Source: Anthoceros angustus
Lineage: Eukaryota; Plantae; Anthocerotophyta
NCBI GenBank assembly: GCA_010909165.1
Contig: MU008158.1
Location: forward strand, 3,738,809 to 3,802,808
Length of the DNA stretch: 64,000 nucleotides
Reading direction: 5' to 3'
Numbering within the stretch: the stretch's first letter is position 1; every line of letters begins with the position of its first letter. Of this stretch, positions 1 through 12,700 are shown in pieces. The notes beneath the pieces were generated by a model, which had not been told where the DNA came from, made no database searches, and was given only the letters and a program-made list of their open reading frames with translations. The position numbers and the translations under genes were made by a program.

Positions 1-399
1 ATCGCCCACAAAGCCGAGACATTTTTCATGAACCCATTTGCGGCGTGAAACATCTCCGAGTGCTCCAGCTACGAGCATCCAGGGAGTCGGAAGTTCCTTG
101 CGAGACGGGAACCCACTAATGCAGATCCAAGCTGCATCCCCAGAGCTAACACTCCGGAATCCCGACACCAGATGGACTCGCGAATCCCGAGAACGCTCAG
201 CCAGGAAGCATTGAATCCAGAGAGGAACCCAGCTCTCGTGCCCTGCAAGCGCCCGCTGTGGTGCGATCCTTCTCCGCCGCGGAATGGGAATGGGGGTAGG
301 AATCCGGTGTAGGAAGTGGTCAGGCTGTCATTACGCGGCATGTGAAGCCGGCACAGGTGGGAACCTCTACAGGCCACGAGGAAGGACACTTCTGAGAAT

Positions 400-2720
400 A
401 GATAAAAGAGGCTGGAGCCGGTCAGAGCGGGCGGAGCTCGGGTGTATTTGCCGCGATCTGTGATGAGTCAGGCAGGCTGGCCACTCTTTCAACACCGACG
501 GCCTCCAGTCAACTTCTTAGCAACCAGGCCCAGCTGATGCTAGGTGTAAAAACCTTCGACCGAAATCTCGTGCCAAGACACTGACAAAACATTTGTTTCA
601 AGGAAAGTGGACAACAAAAGCGATAACAGCGGCGCAGTGACGTCAGACACAATTTTGCAGGTGTATCCTGGAAGGGGCAGCAGGAAGCTGGGAGGAAGGG
701 TGACAAGATGGGACCACCTCTGGCCAACTGGGCGGAAGCTCTTAGCTCACCATGCCCATCACTGTGTGGAGACAGGGGATGCCAGGGCCCCCCGTCATAC
801 TCCAGTTGTGCCAGGGACCCCCTTCGAGGAATTCAGGAGGAGTGACCCATAAAGGTCCTCGGTCATGTTCAGGTTCACGAGACGGTGATTGTGGGAAGGG
901 TACTTCCTTGACTAAACAGTAGCAGTGCTCAGGTGCAATGCTTTCTCCTGGACGAGCTTGTGGGCAGTCATGCTCTCAATGATCAGAAGATTGTGGTCAT
1001 TGTGAGAACTTTGGCCCGTCCCATTCCTGATAGCTGCGAAGCTAGGATTATGCCCCCACCTGATTGAAAGAATCTCCAACCAAATGTTGACGGAAGGTGA
1101 GGAATGAAAGAGTCTCCAACCAAATGTTGACGGAAGGTGAGGAAGCAAACACAACAGGTTGCGGAGAGCTGGCAGCTGGACTGATGAAACCATCCGCTGG
1201 AAGTGGGATGTAATGCCCAGCATTATGGCACTGTGTGTCTTGTTGAGGCCCTTGCCACCATTGTCTAAAAGGCTGGATTTACTTGCAGGTGCACGCGACG
1301 TCACCAAGCATCACAACGATGTCCATCTTCCTTGAGGCACGATTAGGCTTTCCCATCTTCTGCAAACATCTTTGGCTTGAGCTTGGCCTCAGAAGCGAAA
1401 CCTCCAGAATGTCGACAAAGCAGATCAACTACGGCGTCGTGAACTGCATCCCGGATCATTCAGAAAGTGACAGCCACTAACCTGACAAGCCTGCAAACAG
1501 TATGCCTACAGGTTTGGTGAAGCATACCACCGGCTTCCTTACAACTCTGTTGACAAACAGAGGTGCTCGGAGAGCAGGAGGTACAAAACCCAAAATGTTT
1601 TCTCCCGTCCTTCCATTTCGCAGAAAAGAAATAAAGAAACCGGGGCACTTTAATGAATATTAATGATTCTTAACAGTATAGGTATACCGATTGCGTTCTG
1701 CTTGCGGGATGTATTCAATGAGCTCTTTCTGCCCAAGCTAGGTTTTCTCCCTAACAAGCCATAGTAATATACCACTAGAATTATTATCCCATCACCAGGG
1801 AGATGGAAGGGTTTGCATACCTTTGTTGTCCTTACTATTATAAGGATTTCTCCCATCAAAGAAGGAGGAGTTGTTGAAATAATGAAAATTAATATAATTG
1901 GGTACTTATTAGATAGAGTGTTTTTATTAAAATAATGAATAATAGATTTAAATATTATTATAAATAATAAAAATTAGAATTCCATACCTAAGTAAAGTTC
2001 TCTTCGGGTATATTATGTGAAGGGTGCAAAGAAGACTACCTATGTCACGATGAAGTATCTCGGATTTGTACAATATGGTCTATAATATTAAGGAACGTTT
2101 TGTTTTGAATTCTCTTTAAAGCATTGGGTGCACAAAGGCTTCCTTAGATGTGCGTAAAAGGCTTACTTAGAAAGTCTCATGTGGTGATGGTATATAAAGT
2201 GATGTATGATCTTTGTGATATCATAACCCCAAAAATTCAAATTTCTAAAAATCGTATAACATTCTAATTCTGGACAAAGTGCGTTTATTTTTTAACAAAC
2301 AATTAAAGGAAACATCATGGAAGAAACTCGTTCTGAACTAGGATGGTAAATTCGCATCTTTTGGAGAACTCAATTGAAGGCCGCACTACCCATGTAGGAG
2401 CTTCTAGACCACTTTCACATAGGTACTAGAAGATAGTTAGAACACTAAGGTTTTGAGGTTGATAGCATTGTCTCTGTTAGTGGGAAGGGCCATAGCTCTA
2501 GAAAATATTACATGTAATAATAACTAATTGTACACTGATGGCATTGCCTCTCATTAGCGGGGACAAGCATAGTTGGATAGCAAATACTTGCAATAATAAT
2601 AGTTTGTGCACTGCAGCATAATTTAAAGCATGAACTTGTAGGTATGGGATTCATAGTTATAAGGCTTTATGCTGGGACTAACCCTTTATTATGGAATATG
2701 TGTCATAAAACCTTATTCTA
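400..2720 (-). mobile_element. Highly degenerate non-LTR (LINE/L1-like) ORF2 remnant; RT core apparently missing
   Basis: Minus-strand fragments resemble LINE ORF2 motifs in the expected order. EILIIVRTTKVCKPFHLPGDGIIILVVYY (~1770-1855) resembles the pre-RT K-A-P-G-P-D-G motif. LLDNGGKGL (~1245-1275) resembles the post-RT L-P-K-x-x-G-G-L-G motif. PVGQRW...SCC...CP (~600-730) resembles zf-RVT. Many stops and frameshifts; boundaries approximate. Confidence 0.4.
1065..1144. repeat. 40-bp tandem duplication (1 mismatch)
   Basis: tgaaaga(a/g)tctccaaccaaatgttgacggaaggtgaggaa at 1065-1104 and 1105-1144. Confidence 0.92.
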
Positions 2721-3019
2721 TCCCGCAGGCTGCGGAGACGAGGCATGATTTATAACAGAGATTTGGTCAATGAAGTGGATAAAGAACAAGGAGATAAACA
2801 GGCAAGATTTTACTGATTTCAGCCTAAATGTCGTCAATGGAACGAAAGAATTAACAACGAAGAAGCATAAATCTAGCGAATGGAACAGACAAATGGACAA
2901 TGAAGGAAACCGGCAAGATTTTTTCCTATCCCAGCATCCGAGTTCTCGGGTTCTCCCTCGGAGGTTGAGGATGCCACGGGTCACCGTTTGTATCGAGATT
3001 CATGGGGTGAAGTTGTCCC

Positions 3020-3240
3020 TGTTGAACCAGCATGGCGCCGGACGCTCGCGTATCAGCCGTGTGTGGCTAGGGCACGTTTCAACTTAATTAGTTTGAGTTC
3101 GTACCCATGGTACCCTACAGAATCAGGCAGAACTGTAGAAGAGCAGTTTAGGCAGTTGTAACGGTACAGACTCATTTGTGTACTTAAGCCCGTTTTATGT
3201 ACCAGTAAAGCATTCATTCTTCGTATCGCGTTCCACTTTA
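3020..3240 (+). repeat. 5' LTR of copia element 1 (TG...TA)
   Basis: Aligns end to end with 9534-9754; preceded by the TSD and followed directly by the PBS. Confidence 0.95.
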
Positions 3241-5397
3241 TGGTATCAGAGCTCCAGCCTTCCCCATTTTTCGACATCGTCTTGGCTCCGCGTGCGTGGT
3301 CTGCATCGATCCCGCGAGATGGAGCTCGGACGAACCGACTGCAACGGGAGCCAACGATCCTAAGGACCACGCGATGCCTCGGCGCTGCACTCCGGTGGCT
3401 TTCGTGCCAGCAAGCAACGCGACGCCTCCGAGATCAGCAATCTGCAGGAAGTGCAGAGATGGCATAGCTCGAGCATCGTTCTTCGAAAGTCTCAGAAACC
3501 AAGGAGCCCAGCAATACCATGTAAGAACCGGCCTGCCCTCGCGCTCTCCACCACACTCCAACACAGTGGCGACACCAGCAAGACGCAACAACCTCCACCT
3601 TGGATTCCACCAAGCATTTTTCCAAGAGGACGAAGCAACCACCACAATCGCTAATTACTGTCCACTTCACCCACAACTCCGTAGCATAAAATCCCAAGTT
3701 GAGGCCTTGCATTTGTCGCTAAGCAGGCTCTCCTTGAGTAGCAACCGATGTTTGTAGCTTAGAGACCCTCCTTCATAGCATGCTCGCCTTCGATCCTCTC
3801 CGCACTGCACCTGCAGCAATAAAACGCGTTAGAGCAGCCATGTCTAATCCTACCGTAATCAACACCACTAAGATATATTTTCGTGATAGAGATCGCTTCA
3901 ATGGAAGCGATTTTGACATATGGGAGATGCAGTCACCGCACTCAAGAACATGATCTAATGTCAATAACCGGCACACACCTATACCTTCACCACCACAAAT
4001 CCGACTGCACGACTTGATTGCACTGGTCAAGAAGAATTGTAGAGCACGTAGCATCGATATCAACCATAGACAAGAGCATGCTCCAAAGATACCCAAGGTC
4101 AAAAGACCGCTCACGATATCTGGAAAACCTTCAAAGACATGTTCCAAGCGCAGAGCTCAATGTCACTGATCAACGCTACAAGACAATTCTACTCATTGAG
4201 GATGGAAGACACCGAGCGTCGAGTAGCACATAAACATCTTACGGTCCTTACGGGCCAAGCTCGCCTCAAGCGGACGAGCATTCTGAGAACTCCAAGCCCG
4301 TTTTATGTACCAGTAAAGCATTCATTCTTCGATCGCGTTCCACTTTATGGTATCGAGCTCCAGCCTTCCCATTTTTCGACATCGTCTTGGCTCGCGTGCG
4401 TGGTCGCATCGATCCGCGAGATGGAGCTCGGACGAACCGACTGCAACGGGAGCCAACGATCCTAAGGACCACGCGATGCCTCGGCGCACTCGGTGGCTTT
4501 CGTGCGAAGCAACGCGACGCCTCGAGATCGAACTGCAGAAGTGCGAGATGGCATAGCTCGAGCATCGTTCTTGAAAGTCTCGAAACCAAGGAGCCCGGCA
4601 ATACCATGTAAGAACCGCCTCGCGCTCTCCACCACACTCCAACACGGTGGCGACACCAAGAAGACGCAACAACCTCCACCTTGGATTCCACCAAGCATTT
4701 TTCCAAGAGGACGAAGCAACCACCACAATCGCTAATTCATCCACTTCACCCACAACTCCGTAGCATAAAATCCCAAGTTGAGGCCTTGCATTTGTCGCTA
4801 AGCAGGCTCTCCTTGAGTAGCAACCGATGTTTGTAGCTTAGAGACCCTCCTTCATAGCATGCTCGCCTTCGATCCTCTCCGCACTGCACCTGCAGCAATA
4901 AAACGCGTTAGAGCAGCCATGTCTAATCCTACCGTAATCAACACCACTAAGATATATTTTCGTGATAGAGATCGCTTCAATGGAAGCGATTTTGACATAT
5001 GGGAGATGCGAGTCACCGCACTCCCAGAAGAACATGATCTAATGTCAATAACTGACGGCACCACACCTATACCTTCAGCCACCACAAATCCGACCGGTAC
5101 CCCTGACTTGATTGCAGCCTGGTCGAAGAAGAATTGTAGAGCACGTAGCATACTGATATCAACCATAGACAAGAGCATGCTCCAGCATACCCAAGGTCAA
5201 AAGACCGCTCACGATATCTGGAAAACCTTCAAAGACATGTTCCAAGCGCAGAGCTCAATGTCACTGATCAACGCTACAAGACAATTCTACTCATTGAGGA
5301 TGGAAGACACCGAGAGCGTCGAGTAGCACATAAACATCTTACGGTCCTTACGGGCCAAGCTCGCCTCAAGCGGGACGAGCATTACAGAACTCCAAGC
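3186..5397 (+). repeat. ~1.1-kb tandem duplication of LTR end/PBS/leader/gag start (probable assembly artefact)
   Basis: 3186-4297 is repeated at 4294-5397 with an AAGC junction. Copy 1 is rich in small deletions at its end and copy 2 at its start. Confidence 0.9.
3241..3252 (+). other. Primer-binding site, tRNA-iMet
   Basis: TGGTATCAGAGC, the canonical plant copia PBS. Confidence 0.95.
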
Positions 5398-8300
5398 AGC
5401 TGTTGCATTACTAACCTCTTTGCCTGCATCTTACAGGACGTTCGTCAGTTCACAAAACTCCGTGTTGAGGCAAGTAATCCAGTCAACCACAGTAGGAGCC
5501 ACACTAGCCTACACTCTTGCTGAAGTCGTAGGAGCACTCATGGAGGAAGAGTCCAGCCGTGGCAGCAATCCTCGGTCCAACACTGGACCCAATCAAGCAC
5601 TCTTCACGTCCCGTGGACGAGGCGGGAGAAGAGGCGGAGGACGCGGTGGTTTCTTATCCAGGAGAGGCCCCAACTCTGAAGGCCAATGTGCACACAACCA
5701 AGGAAACTATCAGTCTTCCTCAAGCAATCGACCCTTTGAGCGGCGGACATCGAAGGGATCCTGCAACTGGTGCAGAATACCAGGACACTACGAGAGCGAG
5801 TGTAGAAAAAAGATGGCAGGCGAGCCCAGGAGGGAGGCTACCAGAAATGAGTCTCACATGACGATGTCATCGAAGATTCCAGCAGCCAACTCAATCCTTG
5901 CAGTCTGCCTTACTCTTACAAGGACAGACACATGCCGCTGGTTCCTAGACTCCGGAGCCACAACTCACATCTGCAGTTGTAAGGACATGTTTACCTCCTA
6001 TCACAGTGTCCTGCAAGACCAGCATGTTCTCCTAGGAGATGACAACGCACTCCCCGTCGAGGGATCTGGAGAAGTCCAGCTTCGGTTGTCAACTGGAGAG
6101 GTCCTCACCATCAATGGCGTACTACACGTCCCTCCCATGACCAAGGACCTGCTCTCAGTCCGCAAACTCGCCACTGAACACGATCTGGTCATTACCTTCC
6201 AAGGTAACCACTGCACCATCAGTCACTCGAAAGACCCTCACCAGACAGCCCTTGCACATGGCTTACCTTTCAACGATCTTTACCTCCTCAATATTCAGTC
6301 CTCATCCTCCCTCCTCATTGATAGCACCCCTCCTAGTCCAGGAAATGAGTTGCTTCTTTGGCATTGTAGGGCAGGACGTACACATGAACCCGAGATATCT
6401 CAACATGCTAGCAAACCCCCGTATGTACCGAGACCCAGTCAAAATTAGGGTACATAAGGACTTCTTCTTTGAAATTTGCCAATACACCAAGTTGCATCAG
6501 TCACCCTTCAAGGACCCATCACGTACCCGCGCCCGTCCTCTTCTGGAGACAGTTCATTCGGATATATGTGGCCCCATGAGCACCGCATCCTTCGGTGGTC
6601 ACTCTTACTTCATCACCTTCGTAGATGAGTGGAGCAGATATTGCCACATTTACTTCTTACGACACAAGGACGAAGCCCTCACATGCTTCCAAGAATTCAT
6701 CCTCACAGCTGAGCGCCAAACAGGATTTCAGGTCACATCCCTGCGAACTGACAACGGGGGTGAGTATACAAGCAATGCCTTTCGGCTTCACAATCCAAGG
6801 TATTTCAAGACAATCGCCCACCCTCCCAATCCTTTTTCTGAACGCCTTAATCGTTCCTTGCTGGAAATTTCACGTTCTTTGCTCAAGCTAGCTGGCCTCT
6901 CTAAAGGCTATTGGGCAAAAGCTGTCTCTACCTCTAACTACTTGAATAATAGACTCCCCACAAAAGAATTGCCCAACACTACTCCTTTTGAGAGATGGAG
7001 CGGGACCAAGCCTAGAGTCTCTCATCTCCGCATTTTCGGGAGTCCAGCCTTTGCCCACATAGCAGATGAAACTCGCAAGAAGTGGGACGACAAAGGACGC
7101 AAGCTGCTTTTCATCGGATATTCCGATCAGGTCAAAGCCAATAAACCCTTCGACCCAGCTTCCCAAGAGGTAATTTTTTCTCGTAGCATCCATTTCAATG
7201 AAACCCACCTTCTTCACACATACCTCCACGTCTCTCTCGCAGCTAATCCCCTTCTTGTGCCTAGCATCCAAGGTTATCCATCCCTTGCTGAGTCCCCTCT
7301 TGATCTTGAGGGGGCCACAGATTATGACACTGACAACCAGGTATCAAATTCTCTCCAAGCTCCAGATGCAACTCAGCAATACCTATCACCTATTTCTCAA
7401 TAGCCAGTGCAGCCCATTCCCCCTCAGGTACTCTACCCAGAACCTCTAGTCTAGATGATGTCTAAGACATCATCCTTCGAAGACAGGATTTGTTTACATC
7501 ATTCATGAGGTAAACAAATTAGACGTAGTTCCAGAGGTACCCGCAGCAATTGAGGCACCCCCTGCACTGAGGCGCTCCACACGTCACCGGCCACCGAGCC
7601 ATGAGTGGAGACACCCACCTCATGTCCCATGAGACTCCTTTGCTTGCCCAACTCCAGCTCCTCTAGAGGTACCTGCCAATATTCAACCTCACACAGATCA
7701 GCTTGGGCATGCCCTTCACCAGGCAGCTGTCCAGTCCGAGTACGACTCACTCATATCCAACAAGACATAGAAGCTGACTGACCTACCCATTGGGAGGAAG
7801 CCGATCTCATGCAAGTGGACATTTAGAAGGAAATTTAATCCTAATGGAAGTGTGGCACGGTTCAATGCCTGATTAGTTGTTCGGGGCTTCACCCAGGTGC
7901 CTGGCTTTGATTATGAGGAAAATCGGCTTTTCAGCCCAGTTGTAAAATCAACCGCCATAAGAATTCTATTAGCATTCGCAGCACAGCATCACCTGCAAAT
8001 ACATCAAGTCGACGTTAAGACAGCATTCCTCTATGGCACTCTTCATGAAGACATATACATGTCACAACCACCAGGATTCGTGAAAGATCCCAGGAAAGTG
8101 TACAAGCTCCTCAAGTCCATATACGGTTTGAAGCAATCAGCACAAGTGTGGAATGAAACTGTCGACCTCTATCTGAAGAAGTGTGGTTTTACCCCACTCA
8201 CCTCAGACACAACCGTGTACATTCTCAAGGATAAAACCAGGCTCATCATTGTCACCTTGTATGTCGACGACAACTTCATTTACGGTAATGATCTGTCCTC

Positions 8301-9282
8301 CATTCAGTATGCAAAGGACCTCCTTTCCAAAGAGTACGAAGTGGTGGACATGGGACCCCTTTGCTTTGCCCTTGGTGTGTAGTTTGAGCATAACCCTGTA
8401 GATCACTCATACTTCATACATCAAGAGCATTACGTGGATCAACTCTTGGAGAGATTTAACTTGAAGGATGCAAAACCTGTGTCGACTCCCATTGCCATAG
8501 GAGAGAAAGTTTCCGCAGAAGACTGCCCAACATCACCTGAAGAAATCAAGGAGATGCAACAAGTACCTTACAATGGAGCAGTCAGCAGCCTCTTGTATCT
8601 TTCAATAAGGACAAGACCCGACATAGTCCAGGCCGTGAACATCGCCTCTAGATACCTGTCCAATCCTGGACGAGCCCATTGGACCTGCGTGAAGCGAGTG
8701 TTCCGTTACTTGAAGGGGACCAAGTCCTTGGGACTCGCATACAAAGTTGACCCCACAAGCATACTCAAGCTAACATCTTACTCAGACGGAGACTGGGCAG
8801 GAGACCCCGATGCAAGGAAGTCCACAGCAGCATATTGCATGATGATCAACCAGTCATCTCTATTCTGGAGCTGTAAGAAGATGCAAACAATTTGCTTGTC
8901 GAGCACGGAAGCGGAGTATGCTGCCACGTCACTAGCAGCCAAGGAGATATTGTGGATCAGACAATTCCTGCGAGACATTGACGAGGATCAGTTTGAACCA
9001 ACCAAGCTGCTATGTGATAATCAATCAGCGATTGCCATGACTCACAACCCAATTCTTCATGGAAGGACGAAGCACGTGGAAAGTCAGCATCATTTCATTC
9101 GGCAGGTAGTGGCAAACAAGCAAGTTCTGCTGCAATATGTGAACACAACGGACAACATCTCCGACCTCCTCACCAAAGGTCTTCCTAACCCTCTGCACGA
9201 GAAGCACGTCGCCGTCATCGGACTCACAAGTAAGGAGACTCACTTGGGAGGAAGACACCAAGCTTCCCCAACTTCAGCTTGA
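4859..9282 (+). pseudogene. copia gag-pol polyprotein, disrupted by stops and frameshifts
   Basis: gag DRFNGSDFDIWEMRV; CCHC knuckle CNWCRIPGHYESEC; protease WFLDSGATTHI; integrase VHSDICGP/FVDEWSRY/LRTDNGGEY; RT QVDVKTAFLYG, LYVDD; RNase H YSDGDWAGD/STEAEY/CDNQSAI. Stops at 5324-5326 and 8380-8382, frameshift near 6380. Confidence 0.95.
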
Positions 9283-9533
9283 GGGGGAGCCTTCAATCTG
9301 CAGCATTGTCACAACTCCAGCATCTCTTCTTTAGCTCAGCTCAGACCTGTGCTTGGGTACTTCTACTTGCTAGAGACTTATGATCTTCTCACTCCCAACA
9401 ATGATCAAGTGATGACTCGCAAGCCGAAGATGCCACCAGGTAATGGACGACAGACTCACAACCAGCTGTATGCATTGGACGTGGATGCCATTGATTCCAA
9501 GTTGAAGGCATGCAGATCCTCAGCGAGGGGGAG

Positions 9534-9754
9534 TGTTGAGCCAGCATGGCGCCGAACGCTCATGTATCAGCCGTGTGTGGCTAGGGCACGTTTCAACTTA
9601 ATTAATTTGGGTTCGTACCCGTGGTAGCCTTTAAGACCAGGCAGAACCGTAAAAGAGCAGTTTAGGCAGTTGTAACGGTACAGACTCATTTGTGTACTTA
9701 AGCCCGTTTTATGTACCAGTAAAGCATTCATTCTTCGTATCGCGTTCCACTTTA
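9534..9754 (+). repeat. 3' LTR of copia element 1
   Basis: Follows the PPT; ends CCACTTTA then GTCCC TSD. Confidence 0.95.
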
Positions 9755-9799
9755 GTCCCATTTTCTTACCCAAGCATCGGGGGATGTGCAACCGCGAGC

Positions 9800-12700
9800 A
9801 GCACAGAACTGTAGAGAGAAGAGGGAATTTGTTATGGAGCGATGTTGTTGCTAGAGCGGGAAATGCGCCTTGATTGTCTCAACTGGAGACCCTCGGGCAT
9901 TCTAAGCCCTCGCTAATTGCTGAGTTGGCTGAGAGCGAAGACTATCTTGTTGCCACCGCTGAGATTGTCCAGACATCTGGGCTATCGACTGGTTCGCAGA
10001 CATGGGAACCAGAGACCTTCATAGCTGCTGCGCTTTCACAAGTGAGTGATGCTGTTGTGGAGAGGCCCCATATATTTGCAGTGGCTACTGTACTGCACCT
10101 GAACCCCCACCCAAGTGGTCTCCAAGCAATTGTCGATTGCCTGCGCCACTTGGAGGTGGCGTGCGTGCAAATGAACCAAGATAAGTTGGTTGCATTGATG
10201 TGCCATCCATTCCCCTCGCACCGACGGTATTTCCCATTCCAACAGTTGCACTACCACTATTACTAGCTATCCCATTCATAGCCCTCACTCCTATAGTACC
10301 AGACATGGAGGCATGTTGTCTGTGCAGCATTTGCGCATGCTGATGTTGCTGTTGTTGGTGATGATCTTGCTGCTGCTGCTGCTGTAAAACCTGGAATTGC
10401 TGCTTTTGTGCAGTTTGTCCAACTAAGGATCTACTCAACTGCTGTGGATGGTGGGGCTGTCCAGCCGTCTGGGCTGCCAACGGATTTGCAGACATGGGAA
10501 CTGGAGACCTTCGTAGCTGCTGCGCTTGCACTAGTGAGTGATGCTTTTGTGGAGAGGTCCCATATACCTGCAGTGGCTGCTGTACTGCAACTGAACCCCC
10601 ATCCAAGTGGTCTCCAAGCAATTGTCGGTTGCCTACGCCACTTGGAGGTGGCATACGTGCAAATGGACCAAGATAAGTTGGCTGCATTGATGTGCCATCC
10701 ATGCCCCTCACACCGATGATATTTCCCGTTCCAACAGTTGCACTATCAGTAATACTAGCCATCCCATTCATAGCCCTCACTCCTATAGCACCAGACATGG
10801 AGGCATGTTGTCTGTGCAGCATTTGCGCATGCTGATGTTGCTGTTGTTGGTGATGATCTTGCTGCTGCTGCTGCTGTAAAACCTGGAATTGCTGCTTTTG
10901 TGCAGTTTGTCCAACTAAGGATCTACTCAACTGCTGTGGATGGTGGGGCTGTCCAGCCGTCTGGGCTGCCAACGGATTTGCAGACATGGGAACTGGAGAC
11001 CTTCGTAGCTGCTGCGCTTGCACTAGTGAGTGATGCTTTTGTGGAGAGGTCCCATATACCTGCAGTGGCTGCTGTACTGCAACTGAACCCCCATCCAAGT
11101 GGTCTCCAAGCAATTGTCGGTTGCCTACGCCACTTGGAGGTGGCATACGTGCAAATGGACCAAGATAAGTTGGCTGCATTGATGTGCCATCCATGCCCCT
11201 CACACCGATGATATTTCCCGTTCCAACAGTTGCACTATCAGTAATACTAGCCATCCCATTCATAGCCCTCACTCCTATAGCACCAGACATGGAGGCATGT
11301 TGTCTGTGCAGCATTTGCGCATGCTGATGTTGCTGTTGTTGGTGATGATCTTGCTGCTGCTGCTGCTGTAAAACCAGGAATTGCTGCTTTTGAGCAGTTT
11401 GTCCAACTAAGGATCTACTCAACTGCTGTGGATGGTAGGGCTGTCCAGCTGTCTGGGCTGCCAACGGATTTGCAGACATGGGAACTGGAGACCTTTCTAG
11501 CTGCTGCGCTTGCACTAGTGAGTGATGCTGTTGTGGAGAGGTCGCATATACCTGCAGTGGCTGCTGTACTGCAACTGAACCCCCACCCAAGTGATCTCCA
11601 AGCAATTGTCGGTTGCCTGCGCCACTTGGAGGTGGCGTACGTGCAAATGAACCAAGATAAGATGGCTGCATTGATGTGCCATCCATGCCCTTCAGACCGA
11701 CGATATTTCCCATTCCAGCAGGTACACTACCACTAATACCAACCATCCCATTCACAATTCGCATTCCTATAGCACCAGAATTGGAGGCATGTTGTCTGTG
11801 CAGCATTTGCGCCTGCTGATGTTGCTGTTGCTGGTGATGATCTTGCTGTTGCGGCTGCTGTAAAAACTGGAATTGCTGCATTTGAGCAGTCTGTCCATCT
11901 AAGGAGCTTTTCAGCTGCTGTGGATGATGGGGCTGTCCATCCATCTGGGCTGCCAACGGGTTTGCAGACCTGGGGACTGGAGACCTTCGTAGCTGCTGCA
12001 CTTGCACTAGTGAGTGATGCTGTTGTCGAGAGGTCTCATGTAACTGCAGTGGCTGTTGTATTGCAACTGAACCTAAGTGGTCTGCAAGAAATTGTCGGTC
12101 GCCACTGCCACCTGGAGGTGGCATGCATGCAAATGCGCCAGGAGAGGATGGCTGCATTGTGCCACCCTTTCCAACCTGCCCTAGTGTCGGTCTAGGAGAA
12201 CCAACATGCCACCCAAAACTCCCCACAGATGTTGCACGATCTGGCCGTTGTGCTGCGACTTCATCCCCACCCAAGTGGTCTCCAAGAAATTGTTGGTCGC
12301 CGACGCCACCTGAAGGTGGCATGCATGCAAATGAGCCAGGAGAAGATGGCTGCATTGTGCCACCCATTTCAGCCAGCTGTAGTGGCCATCTAGGAGAACC
12401 AATTTGCGACAAATAACTCCCCATAACTGCTGCATCATCTGGCATTGGACATGCATTAGATGCTGAAGTTTGTGGCGTTGCGTAGATTTCATCCATGACA
12501 AGATCGTGTCCATCTTCCATCACTTGCATTTCATCCTCGCCCCATTCCTGTCCATCTTTTGCAGTTTGTGGCGTTGCATGTCCATCTTCCATCACCTGCA
12601 TTCCATCCTCGCCCCATTCATCTTCACCTTTTGCAGTTTGTGGCGTTCCGTATATTTCATCCTCGACCAGGTCGTGAAAATCTTCTCCACGCAAGTGGTC

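Larger units (their letters stand above)
3020..9754 (+). mobile_element. Ty1/copia LTR retrotransposon, full-length, disabled
   Basis: 221-bp LTRs at 3020-3240 and 9534-9754; 5-bp TSD GTCCC (3015-3019, 9755-9759); PBS TGGTATCAGAGC at 3241; PPT GAGGGGGAG at 9525-9533; domain order gag-PR-IN-RT-RH. Confidence 0.97.

Noticed and set aside
10408-12195. Repeated ~103-aa + strand ORFs
   Set aside because: Antisense readouts of the 492-bp coding repeat.
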